A DNA stretch of 64,000 bases, taken from NCBI GenBank assembly GCA_964291495.2, contig OZ219872.1:32001-96000 (forward strand), given 5' to 3'. Numbering within the stretch: the first letter of the stretch is position 1; each line of letters begins with the position of its first letter. The notes under the pieces are model-generated. The model saw only the letters and a program-made list of their open reading frames with translations. It was not told the DNA's origin and ran no database searches. Shown here piece after piece: positions 1-8,941 of this stretch. The position numbers and the translations under genes are program-made. Source of the stretch: Dehalococcoidia bacterium. Its GTDB lineage: Bacteria > Chloroflexota > Dehalococcoidia > UBA2979.

Positions 1-255
1 CACGGCGGCCAGCGGCACGCCGAGGCCGGCGACGGCTGCCTCGCGACCCTGCTCGACGACGAGCGCGGCCGCGCCTGCAGCGACTGCCGCGGCGGCGAAG
101 TCGTGGCCGTCGAAGCGCTGGCCGGGGATGCAGACGAAGAGATCGCCGGGCTCCACCTCGCGGGAATCGAGGCGCACGGCTTGGACGGGAGGCAGATCTG
201 CCTGCCCGCTGGCCTCGGGAGGGAGTCCCGTCCGCCAGTCGCCGCGTGCGCTCAT
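1..255 (-). CDS. murE: Mur ligase (MurE/MurF-type), N-terminal part; runs off the window
   Basis: Not in the ORF track. Hand translation from ATG 255 gives MSARGDW...VRLDSREVEPGDLFVCIPGQRFDGHDFAAAAVAAGAAALVVE, the DSR-V-PGDLFV...G...DGHDF motif of MurE/MurF. GGGGAG SD upstream. MurE versus MurF cannot be settled from this fragment. Confidence 0.65.
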   Translation of the reverse strand, partial: MSARGDWRTGLPPEASGQADLPPVQAVRLDSREVEPGDLFVCIPGQRFDGHDFAAAAVAAGAAALVVEQGREAAVAGLGVPLAAV

Positions 256-358
256 CGATGCTCCCCTCGGCGAGACGGGCGGCCCCGTCCGCGCTGGATT
301 GTCCTAGACTACCGCGCCACCGGCTTTCGACACCGGCCCCGCCGAGACGAGGTGATCG

Positions 359-775
359 ATGATCGTGCTCAGCGAGGAGATGCGGCTCGCCATCGAGCGC
401 GCGCTCGACGACGGATGCCCGGTCATCTCGAGCAGCGTTGGCGGCGATGGGCAGCCGAGCCTCTCCTTCTACGGCAGCACGCAGGTCCACGGCGACGACC
501 AACTCGCGATCTGGGTGCGGAACCCGGCGGGCGGCCTCTTGCGCCGCATCGCCGTCAACCCGCGCGTCGCCTTCCTCTACCGCAATCCGGAGCGACGCCA
601 GATGTGGCAGTTCCACGGGCGCGCCCGTGTCGTCGACGACCCGGATGCGCGTGACGCGATCTACGAGGGCTCGCACAAGCTCGAGCGCGACCGCGACCCG
701 GATCGCCTGGGCGTCGCCGTGATCATCGATCTCGACCGGGTGCTTGAGCGGGGCGAGGTGGTGATGGAGCGCTGA
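359..775 (+). CDS. Pyridoxamine 5'-phosphate oxidase-like (FMN/F420 split-barrel) protein
   Basis: 138 aa; SSVGGDGQPSLS, RIAVNPRVAFLY, QFHGRARVV split-barrel pattern; GAGGTG SD. Confidence 0.75.
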   Translation: MIVLSEEMRLAIERALDDGCPVISSSVGGDGQPSLSFYGSTQVHGDDQLAIWVRNPAGGLLRRIAVNPRVAFLYRNPERRQMWQFHGRARVVDDPDARDAIYEGSHKLERDRDPDRLGVAVIIDLDRVLERGEVVMER

Positions 776-787
776 GCGCCGACGCCG

Positions 788-2035
788 CTACTGCGCCGCG
801 CTCTCCCGCTGGCGGGGCAGCGAAACCTCGACGGCGAGGCCGCCCTCGGGCAGCGCGCGCGCCGTCACCTCGCCGCGATGGGCGCGCACGATGGCGCGCA
901 CGATCGAGAGTCCGAGGCCGTAACCGCCCCGGCCGCGCGTGCGGGAGCCTTCCATCCGCGCGAAGCGCTCGAACAGCCGCGGCGCCTCGTCCGCGGGGAT
1001 GAGCGCCCCGCCGTTGGCGACGCGTAGCGTCGCCGTCTGCTCGTCCTGACCGCTCGCGATCTCGATCCAGCCGTCACGCTCGTTGTGCTGCACGGCGTTG
1101 TCGACGAGATTGCCGGCGAGGCGGTCGAGCAGCATCGGGTCACCCTCGACGGTCGCCTCGCCGAGGTCGAGCGTGGCGCGCAGCCCGAGCTCGCCGATCT
1201 CGGCCTCGCGCGCATCGAGGGCGCGGCGGACGGCTTCGGCGAGGTCGCTCTCCTCGCCCCGCTGCAGCGGCTCCTCGGCGCGGGCGAGGACCAGCAGCCG
1301 GTCGATCAGGCCCTCGGTGCGGTCGATCGCGCGGCGCACGACCTCGGCGGTGCTCGCGAGTTGCTCGCGTCCGGCGTTCGGGTCCTCGAGGGTGACGTCG
1401 ATCTCAGTGCGGATGATGGTGAGCGGGGTGCGCAACTCGTGCGAGGCGTTGGCGACGAACTCGCGTTGCGCCTCGAAGGCCGTCTGCAGTCGATCGAGCA
1501 TCGCGTCGAACTGGTCGGCGAGATCCTTCAGCTCGTCGGAGGGCCCGGCGAGTGCGATCCGCTCCTCCAGGCTTGCCTCGCTGATGCGGCGGGCGGTGGC
1601 GGCAATCTCCTCGACGGGCCGCAGCATTCGCCCGGCGACGAACCAGCCGAGGCCAATCGAGAGCACGGCCATCAGCCCGAGCGCGACACCCGATTGCCAC
1701 ACGATCTGCTGGAGCGTGTCCGTCTTGATGTGCGAGATGACGCTGTTGAACAGCGGCGTGGCCGCGACGCCCCGCCTCGGACCGACCGGACGCCCCGGCG
1801 TTGGCGGGCGCTCGACGACGAAGAAGAACTCGCCACGCAACTCGCCTGGCTCCAGGTCGAAGCGGCGCTCGACGTTCTCGCGCAGGTCGGCCCCGTCCGA
1901 GGGGAAGTTGCGGGCGACGAGCGCGAAGTTGAGCGCCAGCAGCACCGAGCCCGCCAACAGGAACAGCCCGCCGTACCAGAGCGTCAGGCGCAGCCGGATC
2001 GACGGCTTGAAGATCGCGGCGCCCGGCAGCCGCAT
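788..2035 (-). CDS. HAMP-domain sensor histidine kinase (CutS/VanS-like)
   Basis: Two TM segments, HAMP, H-box FVANASHELRTPL, N-box NLVDNAVQHN, GYGLGLSIV G2 box. Confidence 0.95.
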   Translation of the reverse strand: MRLPGAAIFKPSIRLRLTLWYGGLFLLAGSVLLALNFALVARNFPSDGADLRENVERRFDLEPGELRGEFFFVVERPPTPGRPVGPRRGVAATPLFNSVISHIKTDTLQQIVWQSGVALGLMAVLSIGLGWFVAGRMLRPVEEIAATARRISEASLEERIALAGPSDELKDLADQFDAMLDRLQTAFEAQREFVANASHELRTPLTIIRTEIDVTLEDPNAGREQLASTAEVVRRAIDRTEGLIDRLLVLARAEEPLQRGEESDLAEAVRRALDAREAEIGELGLRATLDLGEATVEGDPMLLDRLAGNLVDNAVQHNERDGWIEIASGQDEQTATLRVANGGALIPADEAPRLFERFARMEGSRTRGRGGYGLGLSIVRAIVRAHRGEVTARALPEGGLAVEVSLPRQRESAAQ

Positions 2036-2700
2036 CAGGGGATGCGGTAGCCGACGCCGCGCAGCGTCTCGATCAGCGGCGGCTCTCCGAGGCTCTTGCG
2101 CAGCTTCATGATCGTGACACGCACGACGTTCGTGAATGGATCGGTGTGCTCGTCCCAGGCGCGGTCAAGCAACTCCTCGGGGCTGACGACGGCGCCCCCG
2201 GCCTCGAGCAGCACCTGCAGCACCGCGAACTCCTTGCGCGTGAGGCTGAGCGCGCGCCCGTCCCGCGAGGCGCTGCGCCGCGCGGCATCGAGGACCACGC
2301 CGCCTCGCTCGAGCAGCGGCTGCGCCGCCGGGTGCGATCGCCGCCCCAGCGCGCGGATCCGCGCCCGCAACTCCCCGAAGTCGAACGGCTTGGAGAGATA
2401 GTCGTCCGCTCCGAGGTCGAGCCCCTCGATGCGGTCGTGTACGGCGGCGGCCGCGGTCAGCATCAGGATGCGGCAGTCGCCCTCGGCGGCGACCAGCTCG
2501 CGGCAGACATCGTCGCCGTGGACGCGGGGGAGGTCGCGATCGAGCACGACGACGTCGTAGGGGTGGACCGTCGCCTTATCGAGGGCGGAGGCGCCGTCGA
2601 AGGCGACATCGACGGCGAGCCCGTCGCGGCGCAGGCCCCTCGCGATCGCGTTCGCGAGGTCGCGCTCGTCCTCCACCAGCAGCACGCGCATCGCGGTCAC
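2035..2700 (-). CDS. OmpR-family response regulator (CutR-like)
   Basis: MRVLLVEDE, VVVLDRDLP, GADDYLSKPF, AWDEHTDPFTNVVRVTI, ETLRGVGYRI; stop overlaps the kinase start; the true start may be ATG 2691. Confidence 0.95.
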   Translation of the reverse strand: MTAMRVLLVEDERDLANAIARGLRRDGLAVDVAFDGASALDKATVHPYDVVVLDRDLPRVHGDDVCRELVAAEGDCRILMLTAAAAVHDRIEGLDLGADDYLSKPFDFGELRARIRALGRRSHPAAQPLLERGGVVLDAARRSASRDGRALSLTRKEFAVLQVLLEAGGAVVSPEELLDRAWDEHTDPFTNVVRVTIMKLRKSLGEPPLIETLRGVGYRIP

Positions 2701-2738
2701 CTTTCGCCCGCAGTCAGCGCGCAGGCTACCCCTTCGAC

Positions 2739-2755
2739 CCTAACGCGAACGTAAC
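2739..2755 (-). promoter_or_regulatory. Putative OmpR-type direct-repeat operator GTTACG-N5-GTTAGG
   Basis: 11-bp-period direct repeat in the divergent regulator/adaptor intergenic region; similar to the site at 7589. Confidence 0.45.
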
Positions 2756-2851
2756 CTACGAGGCGCGCGAGGTAACGAGGGCGTTATGCGACGCCGTGCA
2801 TTGTTGCGCCGACCCGGAGCAGATTCTCGGATCGGGATGTGAGAGACGAGC

Positions 2852-5578
2852 ATGAGCGACGTTGACATCGATCTACTGATCCGTGGCCGCCGTTCGCGCA
2901 GGCGCTGGCTGGTGCTGGCGGCCGCGGTAGCGATCGCGGCGGCGGCTGCCGCCGCGTTCCTGCTGCTCCAGCCGGACGAGCCCGCGGTCGTCGCCGAGCC
3001 GCAGCAAGCCGAGGCCGTCGAGGGCCAACTCAGCACCGCGGTAGACCTCTCCGGCTCGGCCGAGGCGGAGCGCAGCGCCGAGCTCAGCTTCGGCGCCGCC
3101 GGTATCGTAGCCACCGTCACCGTGCAGAGCGGCGACACGGTGCGCGCGGGTGACGCGCTCGCGGGCCTCGATGACGGCGACGCACGTCGCCGGGTCGAGA
3201 CCGCCGAGGTGCAGCTGCGGCTCGCGCAGTTGCGCCTCGACGCCATCGAGGCCGACCCCGATGCGTCCGCCATCGCGTCCGCGAGGCAGTCAATCGAATC
3301 GTCTGAGGCGCAGGTCGTGAACGCGGAGCAGGCATTGGCGCGGCTCTCCGAGCCGCCGGACGCGAGCGCGCTGGCGAGCGCGGAGCAATCCGTCGCGAAC
3401 GCCCTCGGGCAACTGTCGAGCGCGGAAGAGGCGCTGGCGCGGCTCTCCGAGCCGCCCGACGCGAGCGCGCTGGCGAGCGCGGAGCAGGCGGTGGCGAATG
3501 CCCTCGTGCAGCTCTCGAACGCCGAGCAGGCCCTTGCGCGGCTCTCCGAGCCGCCGGATGCGAGCGCGCTGGCGAGCGCGGAGCAAGCCGTCGCGAACGC
3601 GCTCGGGCAACTGTCGAGCGCCGAGGAGGCGCTGGCCTCGCTGATCGCCGACCCGAGCGAGACCGAGATCGCCTCCGCACGATCGGCGGTGACGCAGGCG
3701 CAGGCGCAGCTCTCCGGCGCGATCACGCGGGCGGACGACGCGTGGCACGCCCTCGACGACGCGTTCGAGGGGTACTGCGAGAGCTACGACCACCTGCCCG
3801 ACGTCACGGAAACGACCTGCGCGGCGACGCTGCCGCTCTCCGACGCTCAGATCGCCGTGCTCCGCGACTCCTTCGAGGACCGATCGAACAACTATCAGCG
3901 CGCTGCGAACGCGCTGATCAACGCCAACGTCGCGTTCATCAGCAACGACGCGGCGAGGCAATCGGCCGTCACAACGCTCTCCTCGGCGGAGGAGCGGCTC
4001 GCCGACCTGCTCGCGCCAGTCTCCGGGGAGGACCGCTACCAGGCAGAGCAGTCGGTCGAGGCCGCGCGCGCGAACCACGCCGCGGCCGTCGCCCGCCTCG
4101 AGGATCTGACGGCGGAACCCAGCGAGGAAGACCGCTTCCAGGCACAGCAGGCGGTCGAGGCCGCGCGCGCGAACGACGCCGCGGCTGTCGCCCGCCTCGA
4201 GGACCTGCGGGCGGAGCCCAGCGAGCAGGACCGCTACCAGGCTCAGCAGTCGGTCGAGGCTGCGCGGGCGAATCACGCTGCGGCCGTCGCTCGCCTCGAG
4301 GAGCTGCGCGCCCCGGCCGACGAGGGCGAGATCGAGCAGGCGCGCTCCTCGCTCGAGAGCGCGCGCGCCAGCCTCGCCAGCGCGCAGGCGCGCTACGACG
4401 AGCTGACCGCGGGCGCGACCGCGAACGCGATCGCGCAGCAGGAGCAGAGCGTGCGGCTGGCCGAGATCTCCCTCGAGGAGGCGCGCACCGCTCTTGCCGA
4501 ACTGACGATCCTTGCGCCCTTCGACGGGATCATCGAGGCCGTGAACGTCCACCCCGGCGACCGCGTGGCGGCGAACTTCGCCGCGTTCTCCCTGAGCACG
4601 ACCGATCGCATGGTGATCGCGCTCACCGTCACCGAGGCGGACCTGCTCGCGCTCGAGGTCGACCAGGTCGGCCTCGCCTCGTTCGACGCGATCGAGGATC
4701 TCGACTACCCGGTGCGCATCACCTCGATCAGCCGCCTGCCCAACGCCGCGCAGGGTGTGGTGACCTACGACGTGCAGGCGCGGCTCCTTACCGGAGTGGA
4801 GATCGCCCAGGCCGCGAGCGAGATCGCCGTGCTCAGCGATCAGACCGGGGACCTCGCGGCGCTCCTCGCCGGCGCGGGCACCGGTGGACTCGCCGGAGGC
4901 GCTGGTGCTGGAGGCGACGCCGGCGCGGACGCCGGGGCCGCGGGCGGTGGCGGCGGAGCCGGCGCGGGAGCAGGCGCCGGCGGCCGCGCGGGCGGCGGGT
5001 TGCTCGCCCAGATCGAGCTGCCCGAGGGCATGACCATCCGCGACGTGCTGCAGGCGCTGGCCGCCGGCGAGCCGCTGCCCGAGGGCGTGAGGCTGCCCGA
5101 GGGCCTCGAAATCCCGCCGCAGCTCCTCGAACGTCTCGCCGCGGGCGGTCTGGGCGGGGCAGGCCAGCAGCGCGCGGGCGGCCAGCAAGGTGCAGCCGGG
5201 CAAGGCGCCCTCGCAGCCCGGCCGCTACCCGCGCCCGGCATGAGCGCCAGCGTCACGATCCTCACCGAGCTGCGCGAGCCCGCGGTGCTCGTCCCGGTCG
5301 CCGCGGTGCGCCAGCTCGACGGCGAGTGGTTCGTGACGATCCCGGCGCCCGCCACAGGCGACGACCCGGCAGCCCTCACCTTCGAGCGCGTGACCGTCGA
5401 GATCGGCGAGACCGACGGCACGAACGTCGAGATCACGAGCGGCCTCGAGGCCGGCGCTGTGCTGCTGATCGGCGCCGACGGCGCCGGCATCGCCTTCAGC
5501 GCGACGCAGCGCCAACCGCAGCAGCAGCTCCCGGCCTTCGGCCCCGGCCGCTTCTTCGGCGGCGGAGGCGGCCAGTGA
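2852..5578 (+). CDS. HlyD/MacA-type periplasmic adaptor with a greatly extended alpha-hairpin and a Gly-rich insert
   Basis: N-terminal TM, lipoyl halves (SFGAAGIVATVTVQSGDTVRAGD...ILAPFDGIIEAVNVHPGDRV), beta-barrel (VTEADL, GVVTYDV, PGMSASVTI, VEITSGLEAG); upstream of an ABC ATPase and permease. Confidence 0.9.
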   Translation: MSDVDIDLLIRGRRSRRRWLVLAAAVAIAAAAAAAFLLLQPDEPAVVAEPQQAEAVEGQLSTAVDLSGSAEAERSAELSFGAAGIVATVTVQSGDTVRAGDALAGLDDGDARRRVETAEVQLRLAQLRLDAIEADPDASAIASARQSIESSEAQVVNAEQALARLSEPPDASALASAEQSVANALGQLSSAEEALARLSEPPDASALASAEQAVANALVQLSNAEQALARLSEPPDASALASAEQAVANALGQLSSAEEALASLIADPSETEIASARSAVTQAQAQLSGAITRADDAWHALDDAFEGYCESYDHLPDVTETTCAATLPLSDAQIAVLRDSFEDRSNNYQRAANALINANVAFISNDAARQSAVTTLSSAEERLADLLAPVSGEDRYQAEQSVEAARANHAAAVARLEDLTAEPSEEDRFQAQQAVEAARANDAAAVARLEDLRAEPSEQDRYQAQQSVEAARANHAAAVARLEELRAPADEGEIEQARSSLESARASLASAQARYDELTAGATANAIAQQEQSVRLAEISLEEARTALAELTILAPFDGIIEAVNVHPGDRVAANFAAFSLSTTDRMVIALTVTEADLLALEVDQVGLASFDAIEDLDYPVRITSISRLPNAAQGVVTYDVQARLLTGVEIAQAASEIAVLSDQTGDLAALLAGAGTGGLAGGAGAGGDAGADAGAAGGGGGAGAGAGAGGRAGGGLLAQIELPEGMTIRDVLQALAAGEPLPEGVRLPEGLEIPPQLLERLAAGGLGGAGQQRAGGQQGAAGQGALAARPLPAPGMSASVTILTELREPAVLVPVAAVRQLDGEWFVTIPAPATGDDPAALTFERVTVEIGETDGTNVEITSGLEAGAVLLIGADGAGIAFSATQRQPQQQLPAFGPGRFFGGGGGQ
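3332..3640 (+). repeat. Intragenic 99-bp (33-aa) tandem repeat x3, N-terminal hairpin arm
   Basis: cggctctccg at 3341, 3440, 3539; unit ALARLSEPPDASALASAEQxVANALxQLSxAEx. Confidence 0.95.
4028..4324 (+). repeat. Intragenic 99-bp (33-aa) tandem repeat x3, C-terminal hairpin arm
   Basis: gaccgct at 4031, 4130, 4229; unit EDRYQAxQSVEAARANHAAAVARLEDLxAEPSE. Confidence 0.95.
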
Positions 5579-6282
5579 TCCGCCTGGACGACGTCACCCG
5601 CGTCTATGCCAGTGGCGAGACGGCGGTCCACGCCCTCGCCGGCGTCAGCCTCGAGATCGGGCGTGGCGAGTTCGTCGCGATCATGGGGCAGTCCGGCTCC
5701 GGCAAGAGCACACTGATGAACATCATCGGCCTGCTCGACCGTCCGAGCAGCGGTGAGTACGTCTTCGGGGGCCGCGATGTCGCGCAGCTCTCCGAGGACG
5801 CCCGCGCGCGCCTGCGCGGCAGCGCCTTCGGCTTCGTCTTCCAGTCCTACAACCTGCTGCCGCGCATGGCCGCCCTCGAGCAGGTCGAGCTGCCGCTGAT
5901 CTACCAGGGCGCTCCGGACCGCAGGCGGCGCGCTGCCGAGGCGCTCGTGCGCGTGGGACTGCGGGACCGCATCACGCACCTGCCGACCGAGCTGTCCGGC
6001 GGCGAGCAGCAGCGCGTCGCGATCGCGCGCTCACTGGTCGTGAACCCGCTCGTGCTGCTCGCCGACGAGCCGACGGGCGCCCTCGACACGGCGACCGGGC
6101 ACGAGCTGATGACGCTGCTCAGCGAGCTGGTCGAACAGCAGGGGCTGACGGTCGTGCTCGTCACGCACGAGGCGGAGGTCGCCGCCTACGCGAAGCGCAT
6201 CGTGCGCATGCGGGACGGGCGGATCATCGAGGACAGCGGCGCCCCGGTGGCGGCTGCCGCGGCGGACGGACCCGCGCCGTGA
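5575..6282 (+). CDS. ABC transporter ATP-binding protein (MacB/LolD family)
   Basis: GTG at 5575 overlaps the adaptor stop; GQSGSGKST, LSGGEQQRVAIAR, LLADEPTGALD, VTHE. Confidence 0.95.
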   Translation: MIRLDDVTRVYASGETAVHALAGVSLEIGRGEFVAIMGQSGSGKSTLMNIIGLLDRPSSGEYVFGGRDVAQLSEDARARLRGSAFGFVFQSYNLLPRMAALEQVELPLIYQGAPDRRRRAAEALVRVGLRDRITHLPTELSGGEQQRVAIARSLVVNPLVLLADEPTGALDTATGHELMTLLSELVEQQGLTVVLVTHEAEVAAYAKRIVRMRDGRIIEDSGAPVAAAAADGPAP

Positions 6283-7535
6283 GCCCGCTCGACGCCTTCC
6301 GCATCGCCCTGCGTGCGATCTTCGCGAACCGGCTGCGCAGCGCGCTGACGTCGCTGGGCCTCGTGATCGGCGTCAGCTCCGTGATCGTGCTGATCGCGGT
6401 CGGACAGGGTACGCAGCGGGGGGTCACCGACCAGATTCGAGGGCTCGGCACCGACCTGATCTTCATCGAATCGAGCGCGGCCGCGACCACCTCGCAGACC
6501 GGGGGCCTCGGTGGGCTCACGCAGTCCACGCTGGTGCAGGGCGACGCGACCGCGATCGCCGCCAACGCGATCCCCGGCGTCGTGTCCGTCGCCGCGCAGA
6601 TCGCGATCGACGCGCAGGCGGTCGCCGGTTCAAACAACGTCGGTGCGGAGATCGTGAGCACCTCGAGTGAGTACGCCGCAGTGCGCGACCTGGGGATCCG
6701 TTCGGGGACGTTCATCACCGCCCTGCACGATGAGGACCGCTCGCTCGTCGCCGCGCTGGGGGCGCGCGTCGCCGACACCCTCTACCCGGGCCTCGATCCT
6801 GTCGGGCAGGAGGTGCGCCTCTCCTTCGCGGGCGGGCGCATCACGTTCCCCTTCGTCGTCGTCGGGGTACTCGAGGAGCAGGGAGGCGCGAGCGAGGCGA
6901 ACGACCAGGTCTTCATCCCGCTCAGCGGCGTGGCGGGCCGCCTGCGCTTCCTCTCCACGCCCACCGGGGACCTGCGCGTCACGCAGATCGACATCCAGAC
7001 CGCCAGCGGCGCCGACGAGCAACGCGTCAAGGACGAGGTCAGCGAGCTGCTGCAGTTCCTGCACGAGACGCCCGAGCCGGACTTCGTGATCCAGAGCCAG
7101 GACGACCTGATCAGCGCCGCCACCGAGGTCAGCAACACGCTCTCGATCCTGCTCGGGAGCATCGCCGGGATCTCGCTGCTGGTCGGCGGGATCGGGGTGA
7201 TGAACATCATGCTCGTCTCCGTCACCGAGCGGACCCGCGAGATCGGCATCCGCCGCGCCGTGGGGGCGACGGGTGGCGACATCGTCAAGCAGTTCGTGAC
7301 CGAGGCGCTGACGCTCAGCCTCTTCGGCGGCCTCGTCGGGATCGCGATCGGCATCGGCGCCTCGCTGGCCGTCGACGGGCGCGAGCTGGGCGGGCAGGAG
7401 ATGACGACGCTGATCCAGCCGTGGAGCATCGCGATGGCGTTCCTGGTGGCGGCCGGCGTGGGTTTCGCGAGCGGCAGCTACCCGGCCTACCGCGCCACCA
7501 CCGTCGACCCGATCGCGGCGCTCCGCAACGAGTAG
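6279..7535 (+). CDS. ABC transporter permease (MacB/FtsX family)
   Basis: RSALTSLGLVIGVSSVI, SLLVGGIGVMNIMLVSVTERTREIGIRRAVGA, DPIAALRNE. Confidence 0.95.
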   Translation: MSPLDAFRIALRAIFANRLRSALTSLGLVIGVSSVIVLIAVGQGTQRGVTDQIRGLGTDLIFIESSAAATTSQTGGLGGLTQSTLVQGDATAIAANAIPGVVSVAAQIAIDAQAVAGSNNVGAEIVSTSSEYAAVRDLGIRSGTFITALHDEDRSLVAALGARVADTLYPGLDPVGQEVRLSFAGGRITFPFVVVGVLEEQGGASEANDQVFIPLSGVAGRLRFLSTPTGDLRVTQIDIQTASGADEQRVKDEVSELLQFLHETPEPDFVIQSQDDLISAATEVSNTLSILLGSIAGISLLVGGIGVMNIMLVSVTERTREIGIRRAVGATGGDIVKQFVTEALTLSLFGGLVGIAIGIGASLAVDGRELGGQEMTTLIQPWSIAMAFLVAAGVGFASGSYPAYRATTVDPIAALRNE

Positions 7536-7588
7536 CAGCCGATCGCCAGCGAGGAGCCCGGCGAACTGATCAGAAAGTCAACAGAGGG

Positions 7589-7605
7589 CTTACGGAGACC
7601 TTACG
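7589..7605 (+). promoter_or_regulatory. Putative OmpR-type direct-repeat operator CTTACG-N5-CTTACG
   Basis: Perfect 6-bp direct repeat with 11-bp period upstream of the 7673 gene; followed by a TAGCCT -10-like hexamer. Confidence 0.5.
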
Positions 7606-7672
7606 CACCGCTCGCTAGCCTCCCGGCATCCCGCTGGACCAACAGGCTCCACGGGACGGGAGGAACGGCCGA

Positions 7673-8407
7673 ATGAGACGAACCAAGATCATCCTCGCCG
7701 CGCTCGCCGGCGGAGCCGCCGCGCTGCTGCTGATCGGCAGCGCGATGGCGCACCCCCGCGGGATCGTCGACCGCATCGACGTGCTCGCGGAGGCGCTCGG
7801 CATCACCACCGAGGAGGTCGAGACCGCCAGGGACGACGGCACGCTCAAGGACCTGCTCGACGACGTCTCGCGCGACGACCTCAAGGACGCCTACGAGACC
7901 GTCGCCGGCGAGGCGATCGACGCCGCCTCCGAGGACGGCGAGATCACCTCGGAGCAGGCCGAGCGCCTCGAGGAGCTCGTCTCCGCGGACCGCGGCGAGC
8001 TGGACGAGAGCGACCGCGAGACGCTGAGGGGCCTGCGCGGCGCGATCGAGGTGGACGTGATCGCCGTCTACGCCTCGCTGCTCGGCAAGACCTCCGAGGA
8101 AGTCGCGGCGGCAAAGGAGGACGGCACGCTGCGCGACCTGCTGGCGGACGTGAACCGCGTTGCCCTCGCGGCCGCGCTGGTCGACGCGCGGGACGCGGCG
8201 ATCGACGCCGCCGAGGAGGCAGGCGAGATCACGGCCGAGCAGGCAACGCTGCTGCGCGACGCGGGCAAGGGCTTCGGCCGGGGCCACAAGCGCGGTTGGC
8301 ATGGCAGGCATGGCGGCTGCGACGGCGGCGGCTCCCGCGACCACGACGGTTACGACGGACGCGGCAAGAAGGACACGCCGGGTGCAGGCGTCGGCGAGTC
8401 CACTTAG
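7673..8407 (+). CDS. Secreted acidic helical protein with an internal duplication and a His/Gly tail
   Basis: GGAGGA SD; signal peptide (MRRTKIILAALAGG...SAMA); two copies of LG.T.EEV..A..DGTL.DLL.DV...AIDAA.E.GEIT.EQA. Confidence 0.8.
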   Translation: MRRTKIILAALAGGAAALLLIGSAMAHPRGIVDRIDVLAEALGITTEEVETARDDGTLKDLLDDVSRDDLKDAYETVAGEAIDAASEDGEITSEQAERLEELVSADRGELDESDRETLRGLRGAIEVDVIAVYASLLGKTSEEVAAAKEDGTLRDLLADVNRVALAAALVDARDAAIDAAEEAGEITAEQATLLRDAGKGFGRGHKRGWHGRHGGCDGGGSRDHDGYDGRGKKDTPGAGVGEST

Positions 8408-8432
8408 GTAGCTCTCCCCTCGGGCTGCCAGC

Positions 8433-8470
8433 AGAGAGGGGCGTCCTCGGGGCGCCCCTCTCTTTGCGTT
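8433..8470 (+). terminator. Intrinsic terminator, probably bidirectional
   Basis: AGAGAGGGGCG/CGCCCCTCTCT stem followed by a T-rich tail, between convergent genes. Confidence 0.75.
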
Positions 8471-8501
8471 CGATGCGCCCTCGGGCGCGGCCCGAAGACC
8501 G

Positions 8502-8906
8502 CTAGGATTCGTTCCAGAGCCGCAGGCCGAGTGGCACGAAGACCAGCGGCAGCACGACGTCGATGAACACGAAGACCTGCGCGTCCGGGCGCTGGTCGCC
8601 CGCCGCCCAGCTGACCTGCACCCAGTTCCAGTAGAAGAGCAGCGTCAGCGCCAGCGCGAGGTAGACGGGCAGGTTCGCCTCGATGAACGTCCGCAAGTCG
8701 CCGCCCGGGTCGGTGCGGCGTTTCGCCTCGTACGTGACGATCACGGCGAGCGGGAGGCTTACGGCTCTCGCCCAGTCGAAGACGTGCCAGAGGACGGGCT
8801 GACCGCCCTCCCAGTCGTACAACACCGGGTCCAGCACGAAGTGGACCGCGAGGCCCGCGCCGACGACGACGAAGAGCACGGCGAGCGGTCGGTTCAGCAC
8901 CGCCAT
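8502..8906 (-). CDS. Unknown 4-TM membrane protein, paralog 3
   Basis: 134 aa; shares AVHFV.DP..Y.W, DW, EAKR, DLR, WN.VQ..WAAGDQ.PD.QV, ID, LGLRLWNES with its neighbours; GAGGAG SD. Confidence 0.85.
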   Translation of the reverse strand: MAVLNRPLAVLFVVVGAGLAVHFVLDPVLYDWEGGQPVLWHVFDWARAVSLPLAVIVTYEAKRRTDPGGDLRTFIEANLPVYLALALTLLFYWNWVQVSWAAGDQRPDAQVFVFIDVVLPLVFVPLGLRLWNES

Positions 8907-8941
8907 GGGGATCGCAACTCCTCGTTGCTACGAGGCCGCCG

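Noticed and set aside
3742-5574. 846-aa ORF suggesting a huge N-terminal extension of the ABC ATPase
   Set aside because: It is an off-frame shadow of the adaptor gene; the ATPase starts at GTG 5575. The same applies to the extended ORFs at 11234, 13586, 14518, 27985 and 50351.
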